From assembly GCA_964230645.1 (NCBI GenBank), contig CAXRHT010000003.1, positions 512,001-576,000 of the forward strand: a stretch of 64,000 bases of DNA, read 5' to 3'. How positions within the stretch are numbered: position 1 is the first letter of the stretch; the number at the start of each line of letters is the position of its first letter. The position numbers and the translations under genes are program-made. The notes under the pieces are model-generated. The model did not search any database. It saw nothing but the letters and a program-made list of their open reading frames with translations, and was not told the DNA's origin. Positions 28,923 to 38,666 of the stretch are shown here, one piece after another. The stretch is from Bdellovibrionales bacterium (GTDB taxonomy: Bacteria > Bdellovibrionota > Bdellovibrionia > Bdellovibrionales > JAGQZY01).

Positions 28923-29020
28923 TTATTCTTATCTTATAGACAGGAAGTAGGTTTTTCAAGAATGAGAAAGGCGGCAGGCATGGGGAGTAGAGTGAAAATG
29001 AAGATCGCTCCATATTGTCC

Positions 29021-29221
29021 GTATTGTTATTCCAAACGGAGCACTGTCCTTCTAGGTGTAGCACTGTCCTTTAGAGCGAAGCACTGTCATTCTGAGTAAA
29101 CCACTGTCATTCTGAGCGAAGCGAAGAATCTATCACCACTGAGTTCACGTTACCAATCAAAATCCTCGTCAATAGGTCCTTCGCTACGCTCAGGATGACG
29201 GACTCCTCCGCTCAGGATGAC
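29021..29221. repeat. Second REP-like palindrome with tandem degenerate end copies
   Basis: Five exact-period 20-bp units at 29021-29120 (consensus GCACTGTCATTCTGAGCGAA). Arms GTCATTCTGAGCGAAGCGAAGAATCT (29106-29131) and AGGTCCTTCGCTACGCTCAGGATGAC (29174-29199); one extra 22-bp right unit ends at 29221. Confidence 0.85.
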
Positions 29222-29243
29222 AGGGAGACATTTCAAGTTAAAG

Positions 29244-29273
29244 AAAAAGCGGCCATTGCTAGCAATGACCGCT
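29244..29273 (-). terminator. Intrinsic terminator for the minus-strand gene ending at 29296
   Basis: AGCGGCCATTGC/GCAATGACCGCT stem with an A-run on the left, which is the U-tract on the minus strand. Confidence 0.65.
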
Positions 29274-29295
29274 GGAAGGCAAAAACCTTTAAGAA

Positions 29296-29994
29296 TTATT
29301 TCTTGAGGTTTTGAAGGCGAATATTGGTGAATTGATTAAAATTGATTCGGTATTCACATTCGTTCAATCTCATCCCAGGAAATTCAAAGTGGCCAGGTTT
29401 TGGTGAGTAGGAACGACATTCCAAATATAGGGCGGGTATAAAGCTGATCTGGTCAAAGTTAAGCTTTTTAGAAAGTACATATGGAATCGTCGCTTGAACG
29501 CTCCCGCCGCTGTAATCTAAAACTGTGGCTCCTTCGATGCGAATTCTGCTAATGACCTTATTTTCGGGGGATGTGTTTCGATCACAATCGAAAATGACAA
29601 GTGATACTTCCAGTTGGTCAGCCACTTCAAAAGACTTGTGGCAAAAAGGAGTGCCAGAACCACCTGTTACGATACTGCCTCCATTACCCCCTGGAGTTTT
29701 GTCAAAAATCTCTTCAATATTTATAGATTCGTAAAAGCTTGCTAGTGCCATTCGGGACTTCTGGCCCAGTTGTTCTCTGTTCGTCCACCAACTCGCGATG
29801 AATATTTCGTTCTCTAAATCCACAACAACGGAGTCGGTTTCAAGCTCCTTAGGAGTCAGACGACCGAAAATTGCCTTGGGAATTCCAACACTGTCTGGTT
29901 CCATAAAAATGATCTCTTCAGGCTCAGCACTTGGCTGAGCCCAAGCTTGTGTCACCATTAGGATTGAAAAGATGAGTAAAGTGAGTTGTTTCAT
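29296..29994 (-). CDS. Secreted hypothetical protein
   Basis: AAGGAG RBS before MKQLTLL; signal peptide ending AWA-Q; four Cys. Confidence 0.72.
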   Translation of the reverse strand: MKQLTLLIFSILMVTQAWAQPSAEPEEIIFMEPDSVGIPKAIFGRLTPKELETDSVVVDLENEIFIASWWTNREQLGQKSRMALASFYESINIEEIFDKTPGGNGGSIVTGGSGTPFCHKSFEVADQLEVSLVIFDCDRNTSPENKVISRIRIEGATVLDYSGGSVQATIPYVLSKKLNFDQISFIPALYLECRSYSPKPGHFEFPGMRLNECEYRINFNQFTNIRLQNLKK

Positions 29995-30032
29995 GTATTG
30001 CTCCTTTAAAAAAGTGTTCATTGCGCCCATTT

Positions 30033-30049
30033 AGCAGCTGTGATCCCAA
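30033..30049 (-). promoter_or_regulatory. Putative sigma-54 promoter
   Basis: Minus strand TTGGGATCACAGCTGCT (GG-N10-GC), about 40 bp upstream of the start at 29994. Confidence 0.4.
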
Positions 30050-30162
30050 AAATTCAAATTCCAAATGGATATGTCTGTATTCCATGCTAGAATAGCCTCT
30101 AGACTCAAAATAAGGCTGTTTAACCCCTTTTCAAGTCGGTCCCTCAGTGATAAGGAATTTTC

Positions 30163-31185
30163 ATGAAGTACGTGTTGGCCATTGAAACAAGTTGTGATGA
30201 CACCTCGGTGGCAATTTTAAATGAGAACAGAGAAGTTTTGACCTGTCTTGTGGCAAGCCAAGACCTTGCTCACAAACCTTTCGGTGGTGTCGTTCCTGAA
30301 ATTGCTAGTCGCAATCACACCGCCAATATCCTCCCCTTGGTGGAAGAAGCTTTTGTAAAAACCGGAATTAAATGGAGTGATCTTCTAGGAATAGCAGCCA
30401 CCAATCGACCCGGTCTTGTCGGCTCTCTGATCGTTGGCCTTGTGACGGCCAAAACTCTTGCGCTTGCAAAAGACATCCCATTTCTTGGAGTGCACCATAT
30501 TGAAGGTCACATTATGGCTCCTTTTTTGGTGGATCAAACCTATAAGGGTGCGGATTTTTACCAAGAAAAATTTGTGGCTTTGATTGTCAGTGGGGGTCAC
30601 ACTCAGATCTATCAAGTGAATGGTTTCTCAAATTATGACTGTCTTGGCCAAACCATTGATGATGCTGCCGGAGAAGCTTTTGATAAATTCGCAAAGATGG
30701 TGGGGCTGCCTTATCCCGGAGGGGTGCAGGTGGATAAAAGAGCCGCTTCCGGAGACCCGAAAAAATTCTCGTTCCCAAGACCCTTAAAAAGAGAGGATCA
30801 CCTCAACCTTAGTTTTTCAGGTTTAAAATCTGCCGCACAAAGAATGATCGAAAAAATGAGTTCCGAAGAAGTCGAGAGTCAAATGGAAGATCTGTGTGCT
30901 TCCTACCAAGCCGCCGTAGTGGACTGCTTAGTGACAAAGCTTGAAAAAGCTGTGGATAAAACAGGGACGACAAACCTTATTGTCAGTGGAGGAGTCAGTG
31001 CTAACAGTCTTCTCAGGAAAGAAGTGGAAGACCTAGCTCAGCGTAAAAACTTAAAATTAGCTCTCCCACCCCTAAGGTATTGTACCGACAATGCGGCGAT
31101 GATTGGTCTTGCAGCTCTTTTGCGTTTCAAGCAAGGTGAGTCCTCTGAGCAAAATTTGGCCCCTCAACCTAGAGCCGCTTTATGA
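30163..31185 (+). CDS. tsaD: tRNA N6-adenosine threonylcarbamoyltransferase TsaD
   Basis: LAIETSCDDT, GGVVPEIASRNH, HHIEGH, SGGHT, DDAAGEAFDK, GGVSAN and CTDNAAMI. Confidence 0.97.
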   Translation: MKYVLAIETSCDDTSVAILNENREVLTCLVASQDLAHKPFGGVVPEIASRNHTANILPLVEEAFVKTGIKWSDLLGIAATNRPGLVGSLIVGLVTAKTLALAKDIPFLGVHHIEGHIMAPFLVDQTYKGADFYQEKFVALIVSGGHTQIYQVNGFSNYDCLGQTIDDAAGEAFDKFAKMVGLPYPGGVQVDKRAASGDPKKFSFPRPLKREDHLNLSFSGLKSAAQRMIEKMSSEEVESQMEDLCASYQAAVVDCLVTKLEKAVDKTGTTNLIVSGGVSANSLLRKEVEDLAQRKNLKLALPPLRYCTDNAAMIGLAALLRFKQGESSEQNLAPQPRAAL

Positions 31186-32009
31186 GTGAAACATTAAAAC
31201 AAAAGATTCTTTCTCGAATGGAAGAGCTTGGTATCCAACCCAAACGCTCTCTTGGTCAAAACTTTCTAGTGAGTTCTAATGTTGTAAATAAAATTGTTGA
31301 AGCCTCTGAGCCAGAGAAGTTTTATAAAGTTTTTGAAATTGGCCCGGGGCTGGGAGCTCTCACCGATGACCTCAAGGAAAAAAACTCAAACCTCACTTTA
31401 ATAGAGTACGATAGAACTTTTGCCGAATTTTGGCGGTCTCAAGGACTCGATGTGAATGAACTCGATGCTCTAAAAATGCAGTGGCAGGAGATGGCCTGGG
31501 ATGAAGGAAGTTACCTTCTTGTGAGCAATCTTCCCTATCAAATCTCGTCTAGATTGGTTGTTGATCTTTCTACGCAAAACCCATCCTTTGAGCGTATGAC
31601 TTTGATGTTTCAAAAAGAAGTGGCTCAACGGATCCAGGCGCAAGCGGGAACAGCCGAATATGGACTGCTTACAGTGGTGGCCCAAGTGGCTTGGCGCATT
31701 CGCTTGGTGCTTGAGGCAGGGGCTGTTGATTTTATGCCCAAACCCAATGTTGCCAGTCGCGTTCTGCTTTTCGATCGCAGGGAGCCGAGGCTTGAAGGTG
31801 CCGACTACCCCTCTTTTCTCAAATTTTTAAAAATCTGTTTTCAAAACCGTCGCAAAAAGCTACTGCCAAAGCTCACTGGCTACCAAAAAAAGCCGACTTT
31901 AAAAGAGATCTTTACGATTGCAGGACTTAATGAGGACGTCAGAGCGGAAAAACTGGAGCCTGAGCAGTTTCTGCTCCTGTACTTCGCTCTGAAAAAAGAG
32001 TATGACTAG
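31182..32009 (+). CDS. rsmA: 16S rRNA dimethyladenosine transferase RsmA/KsgA
   Basis: KRSLGQNFL, EIGPGLGALT, SNLPYQIS and MFQKEVAQRI. Confidence 0.96.
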   Translation: MSETLKQKILSRMEELGIQPKRSLGQNFLVSSNVVNKIVEASEPEKFYKVFEIGPGLGALTDDLKEKNSNLTLIEYDRTFAEFWRSQGLDVNELDALKMQWQEMAWDEGSYLLVSNLPYQISSRLVVDLSTQNPSFERMTLMFQKEVAQRIQAQAGTAEYGLLTVVAQVAWRIRLVLEAGAVDFMPKPNVASRVLLFDRREPRLEGADYPSFLKFLKICFQNRRKKLLPKLTGYQKKPTLKEIFTIAGLNEDVRAEKLEPEQFLLLYFALKKEYD

Positions 32010-32016
32010 TGCCTAG

Positions 32017-32463
32017 ATGGGTATAAAAATAATCACAGACAATAAAAAAGCACGCTTTGACTACGAGATAATCGAGAAATTTGAAGCCGGCCTTGTGCTC
32101 ACAGGGAGTGAGGTCAAAAGCATTCGCGATGGCAATGTCAGTCTTAAAGACTCCTATATTTCGTTTAGAAATGCAGAAGCCTTTTTACAAAATGCTCATA
32201 TCAGTGTCTACCAAGCCAGCAGTTATAATAATCACGAGCCTGAACGCCTGAGAAAGCTTCTGCTTCATAAAGAAGAGATCAATAAAATCATGGGTCGAGT
32301 CCAGGGAAAGAGTCTCTCTTGTGTGGCTCTGAAAATGTACTTCAAAAGAGGCCACATCAAAGTGGAAATTGGCCTTGGTCGAGGTAAGAAAAAGCACGAC
32401 AAAAGACAAAGCATTAAGAAAAAAGAATCCGACCGTGAGCTTGCCCGGGCTTTAAAGAAGTAA
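32017..32463 (+). CDS. smpB: SsrA-binding protein SmpB
   Basis: NKKARFDY, EAGLVLTGSEVKSIR, RKLLLHK and GKKKHDKR. Confidence 0.97.
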   Translation: MGIKIITDNKKARFDYEIIEKFEAGLVLTGSEVKSIRDGNVSLKDSYISFRNAEAFLQNAHISVYQASSYNNHEPERLRKLLLHKEEINKIMGRVQGKSLSCVALKMYFKRGHIKVEIGLGRGKKKHDKRQSIKKKESDRELARALKK

Positions 32464-32476
32464 TAAAATTAAGGAC

Positions 32477-33223
32477 ATGAAGTTTTTTACGCCTCTTTTT
32501 TTAGGGATATTTTTTGTTGCCCTTAGTGTACAAGGTTCTTCTTCCGAGCCCAAAAATGAGATCAAAGGCAATGAAGAATTTAGCCTTGAACAAGACCGCA
32601 AAGAATTAGAACAACTCAGAAAAGATATCCCAGCCGACATTCGTAAGAAGAATGACGATTTGGCTTTTATCCTGAAACTTTTTGAAGACCCAAATCGGGA
32701 TGCGGGTAAAATTCGCTCGGAATTTAATAAAACCATCAATCGGCTGAGAAAAAGAAAAAATAAAGAGTTCCGAAGAGAACGTGACGAGTACAAAAGGGAA
32801 GAAAAAAAGAAGCGCAAAGCTTTTCTTGCAAGCACAAAGAAAAAGCGTAAAGAGTTTCTTGATAGTGACCCGAGTACCGACTCTAAAAAAGCTTTTTTTG
32901 AAGAGGAGCGCACTCAGCGTCGTATTTATTTCTCTGACGAAAGAGATAAGAGAAAAGATTTTGAGTCCGACTATAGGGCTCGAAAAAAAGATTTTAATGA
33001 TTTCTTAAAATCGAAAAGAGATGAGTTTAACGACCGCTACGATCAATTCCGCAAAGCCCAGAGAGAAAGAAAAGAAAAAAAGCGAGAGGCGGCGAAATAT
33101 CGAGCCCAAGGGCATCTCACAGGAGTTCCTTCCCCAGTATCAGATAAGAATAAACAGTATCTCAAAGAGTTTGAACAAATTCCTAATAAACCGGCCACAG
33201 TTTTAAAGCCGGAAGACGAGTAG
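32477..33223 (+). CDS. Exported, highly charged coiled-coil protein
   Basis: Signal peptide, then a K/R/E/D-rich helical sequence with periodic Phe. Confidence 0.75.
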   Translation: MKFFTPLFLGIFFVALSVQGSSSEPKNEIKGNEEFSLEQDRKELEQLRKDIPADIRKKNDDLAFILKLFEDPNRDAGKIRSEFNKTINRLRKRKNKEFRRERDEYKREEKKKRKAFLASTKKKRKEFLDSDPSTDSKKAFFEEERTQRRIYFSDERDKRKDFESDYRARKKDFNDFLKSKRDEFNDRYDQFRKAQRERKEKKREAAKYRAQGHLTGVPSPVSDKNKQYLKEFEQIPNKPATVLKPEDE

Positions 33224-33232
33224 GGGGATAAA

Positions 33233-33760
33233 ATGCAATGTCCGAGGTGTAAAAACACAATGACAGAGATGAACAATCATGATGTCACTATCGATGTTTG
33301 TTTCAATGGTTGTGGTGGTATTTGGTTTGATCCCTATGAGTTTAAAAAAATGGATGAGGTTCATGAGTCCGACGAGTCTTTTTTGGCTCAGTTGAGTGAA
33401 TCCCGTAACAAACTCATTGGCCTGAGTGATAAAATTGACTGCCCCAAATGTGACTCTCAACCCTTTTACCGCCGTTTTTTCAGTGTTGCCAAAAATGTCG
33501 AAATGGATGAGTGCCCTAAATGTGGCGGCGTCTGGCTTGATGCCGGCGAGCTCACTCAAATCTATAAGACTTTTCCGACGGAAGAAGAGCGCAAGAAAGC
33601 CGCCAAAGAGATATTCGATGATATGTTTGGCGAGGACTTACAAAACCTCAAACAAGAGTCACAGGAGAACCTACAAAGAAACCGACGAATTGCCCGTGCC
33701 TTTCGTTTTCTTTGTCCCTCTTACTACATCCCTGGCAACCAGGATTGGGGCGCTTTTTAA
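33233..33760 (+). CDS. Double zf-TFIIB zinc-ribbon protein
   Basis: CPRC...CFNGCGGIWFDPYE and CPKC...CPKCGGVWLDAGEL. Confidence 0.85.
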   Translation: MQCPRCKNTMTEMNNHDVTIDVCFNGCGGIWFDPYEFKKMDEVHESDESFLAQLSESRNKLIGLSDKIDCPKCDSQPFYRRFFSVAKNVEMDECPKCGGVWLDAGELTQIYKTFPTEEERKKAAKEIFDDMFGEDLQNLKQESQENLQRNRRIARAFRFLCPSYYIPGNQDWGAF

Positions 33761-33782
33761 GGCACCCTTAGCTCTGTGAGAA

Positions 33783-35216
33783 TTATTTTAGAACTCCCGC
33801 AATTTTACCTGTGGTTTCACCAAGAGTGTTGGTGTTCATCCCAATGGCATTGAGTCCAGAGATCAATAATCTTTGAGGATAGTTGTTGTTACCATTGATA
33901 TGTTGACCGAGGTTCACTTTATCTGGGCAACCTGAGTAGAGATAAGAAAGCTGGCTTCGGTTGTGAGCACTGGCTCCCTCGGCTGTCACAAAGACAACAA
34001 AGGTGTTATCAAGAACACTGCCGGATCCTTCACTCATTCCATCCAAATTTGTAATCAGTCGATTAAAAAATTGTACGGCCCAATTGTGGTTGGCCGCTCG
34101 AATATCGGCTGAAGAGTGGTGCGAGTCGGCATGGATATCCGGTTTACTAGAATTGGGGTTACTTGCCTTGGTGCTGTTTCCAGTTTTTGCACTATTGATC
34201 CAGCATTGCGAATATGTAATCGCCCAGGAGGCCACATTAGTAAGGCCACACTGAAGGGCGTAGGCTACTAAGTCCGCCTGATTGTTCCCTCTTGTTGTTT
34301 CATCGGCCCAGCCACCAAAACCGTAGTCACTGATTGAAGGATCGGGGCCAGGATTGCTCGGGGCACTTCCACAGCTTCCGCTGGTCGACCCACCACCTGA
34401 AGAGCCGGTGTTTGCAGAGGCTAAATTTCTTTCCATTTTTCGAATATTTTCAAAATGAAGTTGCAGTCTTTCTTTGTCCTGCCCAGTTACAGAGTTTTCA
34501 ATCCTTTGAGCATCATCAAGAACTAAGTCTAAAACACTTTTCTTTTTTAGTGGAAGTTGTGAGACGGGAGGTTGAGAAGGGCTAGAACTTCCGCCTGAGA
34601 ATATTTTTTCGTAGAGCTCAAGAGGGCTTATAATAGGGCGCAATTCATTGAGTATGCTCCCATTTTTAACGACCGAAATGGCCTGATTCGGATTGGTGCG
34701 TCCGTTATAATCGACGGCTTGAGTTCGAATTTGCAGAGAATCAAATTTTGAGCCCGCCCCTAAAAACTGGGCGGCGATTTGATCGCTTGTCGTTCCACGA
34801 ACAAAGGAATAGCGGTTATCATAGTTAGTGGCCGTTTTTGGAACCGATCTCACCCCCGAAAGGAGGGGTGATTCCATTTTTCCATGTTGTGCTCCCGTGG
34901 CCTCTCCAGGAGGCGGCACGTTTCCTGAATAGTGTTGTGGAAGATTAAGACTTGAGACAAGGCTCACTTTACTGCGCATGGACTCTAGGGAAGCCAGACT
35001 GGGTAAAAAGGGCTGATTTAATGGACCGTAGCTTGAAGGGAGCGTCAGTTTTGTTCCGCCATTACAAGAACCATAATACATTAAGACGTAACGTTTCTGT
35101 GCTCCACTTTGCCCCATGGCAATAGAAGGAATGCTCTCCAGAAAGGGAAGAGCAATCATGACTTGCCCCGTACCTCTTAAAAAATTTCGACGTGAAAGAG
35201 ATGTTTTCTTTTTCAT
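33783..35216 (-). CDS. DUF1552 domain protein with a Tat signal
   Basis: LSRRNFLRGTG..IALPFLES, TSDQIAA, SVLDLV..DA..., DKERLQLHF..IRKMER, EGSGSVLDNT. Confidence 0.88.
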   Translation of the reverse strand: MKKKTSLSRRNFLRGTGQVMIALPFLESIPSIAMGQSGAQKRYVLMYYGSCNGGTKLTLPSSYGPLNQPFLPSLASLESMRSKVSLVSSLNLPQHYSGNVPPPGEATGAQHGKMESPLLSGVRSVPKTATNYDNRYSFVRGTTSDQIAAQFLGAGSKFDSLQIRTQAVDYNGRTNPNQAISVVKNGSILNELRPIISPLELYEKIFSGGSSSPSQPPVSQLPLKKKSVLDLVLDDAQRIENSVTGQDKERLQLHFENIRKMERNLASANTGSSGGGSTSGSCGSAPSNPGPDPSISDYGFGGWADETTRGNNQADLVAYALQCGLTNVASWAITYSQCWINSAKTGNSTKASNPNSSKPDIHADSHHSSADIRAANHNWAVQFFNRLITNLDGMSEGSGSVLDNTFVVFVTAEGASAHNRSQLSYLYSGCPDKVNLGQHINGNNNYPQRLLISGLNAIGMNTNTLGETTGKIAGVLK

Positions 35217-37105
35217 TACTGACCCCCTCTATGAATCATTCCTTCGGAGCGAACAATCGCTAAAATTATCCCATGCATTGATCGTGTTTCAAAGTACTCC
35301 CCCTCAAGGGCTAGGAGAGTGGTTTCATCACTGGCCGTTACGGGTCGACCCATCATGAATTCAAAAAGATTTTGTGTGGCGCAAGCGCCCACTTTCGGGT
35401 CTCCCGAAATATGAGCGGCCAACTCCTTTGGTCCAGTGAAATCAGTACCAAAAAGCTCACCTTCGCCACTAATTTCACACTGATTGTTTTGTGGTTCAAA
35501 GTTTCTCACTTTTCCAAAAGGATCAATTTTTTCCATTCCGAACCCAATCCCGTCGGTGATGCTGTGGCAACCCGCACAGCTTGAAATACCTCTCATTGCG
35601 TAGCGCTCGGTTTTACAGTCATTGGGGTCTCCAGGGGCTTCAGTGACATCAACGTTGGCAGGAAGTGGTATATTAAACGATCCACAGTAAAGTCTTTTAT
35701 AAACCTCGTAGCCTCTGAGTGTGGGACTGGTATCATTAAATTTTCTTCCCACCATGGCGAAGCTAGCGTGAGAAAGAAGTCCTGATTGTTTATCCCCTTG
35801 CGTGTTTACCCATTTGGCTTGCGAAATAGAATTCATGCCGTAATGTTGCGCCAACTCAGGTGTCACATAGGTTTTTGAGCTATTAAAGATAGAGAGCCAA
35901 TCGGCTTTCTCCACAAAGTTAACCTGTTCAATCAGTTTATTCGTCTCCAATTCAAAATCAGCCGCCAGGCTGTGATTGGAATGAATCTCCCCGTAGCCAA
36001 GCCAAGCGCCATGAAACTCTTGGAAATTTTTGAGAGAGTCTTGGGTTTGTAACAGCTCTCTAGCCACGGCTTCTCTTTGATCGGCCGTTTTAAGTTGGTT
36101 CTGGGCTGCTAAATTAAGAAGACTATCAGAAGGGCCTTTTCCGGTGAGAAAAAATGCAAGGCGCGAGGCGACTTCAAAAGGACTCAATTCAGTGAGTGTG
36201 CCAGCGCTCGTACCATTAATTTCTAAGCGATAAAGAAATTCAGGATGCTGTAAAAAGGCCTCAAGGGCTAATTCCACGGCTGACATAAAGCGTCCGTCCT
36301 CTTGAGCATATTCCATAAGACTTTGTTCGAAGCGAGAGATTTCACTAGCCTTCATGGGGCGTCTGAAAAAACGACGTCCCATTTTTGTTAAAAAAGACCT
36401 AAAACAATCAAAGTCTTGCGGTCCACTGGGACGACAACCGATATCTTGAATCAACGTCTGTTCATTATAAGCTTTAGAGGCTTTTTCAGCAAAATCGGAG
36501 TAATCCTCTACCAAACTTGTAGTGACCGAAAGACTTGTGTAGTCGTTAGCGAAATAAGTACCAGAGCTAGAATCCTCAGGGATAGACTGAGTGATATTTT
36601 GAAGATTCGTTTTCAAATTTTGTTCTACTGTTTTTACCAACTGATCTTTGGTGAGTCTTTGTGCTCCCGACTCACCAAAAGCTTCCGCCCTCAGCAAGGG
36701 CTGGCTTGAGGGCGGATTGTAGGGTTGAGTGGGTGTCACGGGAGAATTGGGTGATCCTCCGTGGGGATTTGTGGGAGTCTTTCCAGCAAGGGCTAAAAGG
36801 TAGCTGGCAATTTCATTAATTTGATCATCTTCGAGGCCACTCAACTGAGGGGTGCGCATATTGCCTACTACAAGAAGAGCGGCTTTGATTTTATCGGAGT
36901 CGGCCCCAAAAGCTCTCTGATCGGGATTAACACCATGGCAAGATTGGCAGTTTGTTTCGTAAAGAGCTTTTCCGTTGATCACCTGTGGGGAAGTTGTGGG
37001 ATCAACATAACTTTCAGCGGTTACGTTTTCCATACTATGGAACTCACCACAGTTGTTGTAGAAAATAAGAATCGGTAAAAGATAGAGAAGATTTATTTTT
37101 TTCAC
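35216..37105 (-). CDS. Cytochrome c + DUF1587/1595/1592/1588/1585 lipoprotein
   Basis: GGAGG then a GTG start; FYNNC lipobox; CQSCH and CAGCH motifs; FLYRLE, EVASRLAFFL, TSPTLRG and GFGME motifs. Confidence 0.85.
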   Translation of the reverse strand: MKKINLLYLLPILIFYNNCGEFHSMENVTAESYVDPTTSPQVINGKALYETNCQSCHGVNPDQRAFGADSDKIKAALLVVGNMRTPQLSGLEDDQINEIASYLLALAGKTPTNPHGGSPNSPVTPTQPYNPPSSQPLLRAEAFGESGAQRLTKDQLVKTVEQNLKTNLQNITQSIPEDSSSGTYFANDYTSLSVTTSLVEDYSDFAEKASKAYNEQTLIQDIGCRPSGPQDFDCFRSFLTKMGRRFFRRPMKASEISRFEQSLMEYAQEDGRFMSAVELALEAFLQHPEFLYRLEINGTSAGTLTELSPFEVASRLAFFLTGKGPSDSLLNLAAQNQLKTADQREAVARELLQTQDSLKNFQEFHGAWLGYGEIHSNHSLAADFELETNKLIEQVNFVEKADWLSIFNSSKTYVTPELAQHYGMNSISQAKWVNTQGDKQSGLLSHASFAMVGRKFNDTSPTLRGYEVYKRLYCGSFNIPLPANVDVTEAPGDPNDCKTERYAMRGISSCAGCHSITDGIGFGMEKIDPFGKVRNFEPQNNQCEISGEGELFGTDFTGPKELAAHISGDPKVGACATQNLFEFMMGRPVTASDETTLLALEGEYFETRSMHGIILAIVRSEGMIHRGGQ

Positions 37106-37190
37106 CACACCCTCCAAACACTAATAGGATAACTAAAAGACGGGGGTCGGAAATGGACAATTTTGGTTCGTAACGTCTCAAAAAATAACT

Positions 37191-38666
37191 CTAAGAGGCA
37201 ATCTGATAGCAAGAGCCAGGGCCTTGTCCAATTTTGAGAATCTTTCCACTTTTGACCTGGGATTGGAGCCAGCGCAGGGCTGATGATTTTGAAAAGTGAC
37301 AAAGGCTCATCACTTCTTCTCGAGTGAAGGCTTTATTATCAAATCGAGTTTTCAACTGTAGAAATTCGGGCTCTACTTTTAAGGTTTTTACATCCGGGTT
37401 GGTCAGCCTGAGCGCAAAGCCCTCTTGCACTTCAAGAGAGTATTTCCCTTGAGAGTGTTTAAGTCGGACGGGAAAGCCCTCGTTTTCAATTTTATTAGAT
37501 AACCTTTGTAGGACCTTATAGGATTTCGCAATGGAATACTCGGGATCAAAATACTCTCCGGGATAAAGACTGTGAAAAAGCGAGCTGACCGAGCGCGGTG
37601 CAATCATGTCTTCCGCCAAACTTTCTAAGGCTAAAAACTCTTTTTCTGAAAAGTGTAGATCGTCCTTTGGGGAGTTTAAAAGAGGGTAACAGTTTTGAAA
37701 CTGATGTTGGAAATAATGACCATTCCATCCGCAGTAGGCTTGATTAAATGTAAGCCCTGACTTTCTTTTGATTAGGTCTCGGTAGGCTTTTTCTTTGGTG
37801 GAGAAATAAAGTTTTTCTAACAAGACGAGATCCTCTCTCAGTAGACCCCAATAAAGCAAAATTTCGCGCACCGAGTGAAAATGGCCAAGCTTGCGGGCAT
37901 TACCGATAAAGGCTTCAATCTCAGAAACCTGTGTCCTACCATTTCGGATTTTACAAACAAGCAACCACTTTTCAATAAAGAGACTGTAGAGCTTGTTTTT
38001 CCCAACCATGAGGGCTTGGGCTTTTTTTAGTGTTTTCTCAGCCTGGGACCACTGGTTTTGTTGAAGAGCCACTTGACCGAGAAGTTCTAAACTGTTGGCT
38101 GATAGGAGGGGGTAATTGTTTTTACTAAAGTATTCGTAAAGACTTTCTAATTTTTCATGGGCTTTTTGGAGCTCCCCGCAGGAGACATAGCAGGCACACA
38201 AATTAAGTTCGGCAAGCTTTTGTTTATAGTCATCTCCTTCCATTACGATGGAAGACTCAAGAAAGGGAATGGCTTTCTCATAGTCATGGGTTGAGAAGTA
38301 GTAGGTAACCCATGCAAACTGCACTCCCTTTGTGTCCTTTGGAATTTTATTCAAAAGAAGTAAGGCCTGCTTACGTCCACCGAGCATAATCTGATTGACG
38401 GCATACTCTGCCACCAAGTTTGGACTGACCTCGTTGCGCAAGTTGTGCTCGGGATCAAGAACGAAAGGCTTAAGAAGATAAGAGGCAAAGCTTAAACGAT
38501 AGGCTCGGCGAGCGAGAGTGGCTAAATTTAAAACGTCGTTTGAGAGAAAAAAAGATCGGTCGGCTGATTTTAAATGCTTTTCAACCTGTATCCATTGGTT
38601 GGAACGAGCAAGTTCTTCGACGGCTTGAAAATCGATCTTCTTACCACTCATCGACCGGTGTATCAT
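37191..38666 (-). CDS. TPR-repeat protein with C-terminal winged-helix domain(s), probable transcription regulator
   Basis: Helical TPR-like repeats. LFHSLYPGEYFDP...LQRL is an OmpR-like wHTH and FTREEVMSLCHFSKSSALRWL...KIGQGPGSCY a second wHTH. Confidence 0.7.
   Translation of the reverse strand: MIHRSMSGKKIDFQAVEELARSNQWIQVEKHLKSADRSFFLSNDVLNLATLARRAYRLSFASYLLKPFVLDPEHNLRNEVSPNLVAEYAVNQIMLGGRKQALLLLNKIPKDTKGVQFAWVTYYFSTHDYEKAIPFLESSIVMEGDDYKQKLAELNLCACYVSCGELQKAHEKLESLYEYFSKNNYPLLSANSLELLGQVALQQNQWSQAEKTLKKAQALMVGKNKLYSLFIEKWLLVCKIRNGRTQVSEIEAFIGNARKLGHFHSVREILLYWGLLREDLVLLEKLYFSTKEKAYRDLIKRKSGLTFNQAYCGWNGHYFQHQFQNCYPLLNSPKDDLHFSEKEFLALESLAEDMIAPRSVSSLFHSLYPGEYFDPEYSIAKSYKVLQRLSNKIENEGFPVRLKHSQGKYSLEVQEGFALRLTNPDVKTLKVEPEFLQLKTRFDNKAFTREEVMSLCHFSKSSALRWLQSQVKSGKILKIGQGPGSCYQIAS

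Noticed and set aside
28582..29064. 160-aa ORF crossing the TauE gene and the repeat
   Set aside because: It overlaps a well-supported gene out of frame and starts inside the tandem repeat.
32017..32480. tmRNA gene next to smpB
   Set aside because: The flanking intergenic gaps are under 15 bp and no ssrA-like termini were seen.
32452..32913. 153-aa antisense Phe/Ser/Leu-rich ORF
   Set aside because: It mirrors the Lys/Glu/Arg-rich sense gene.
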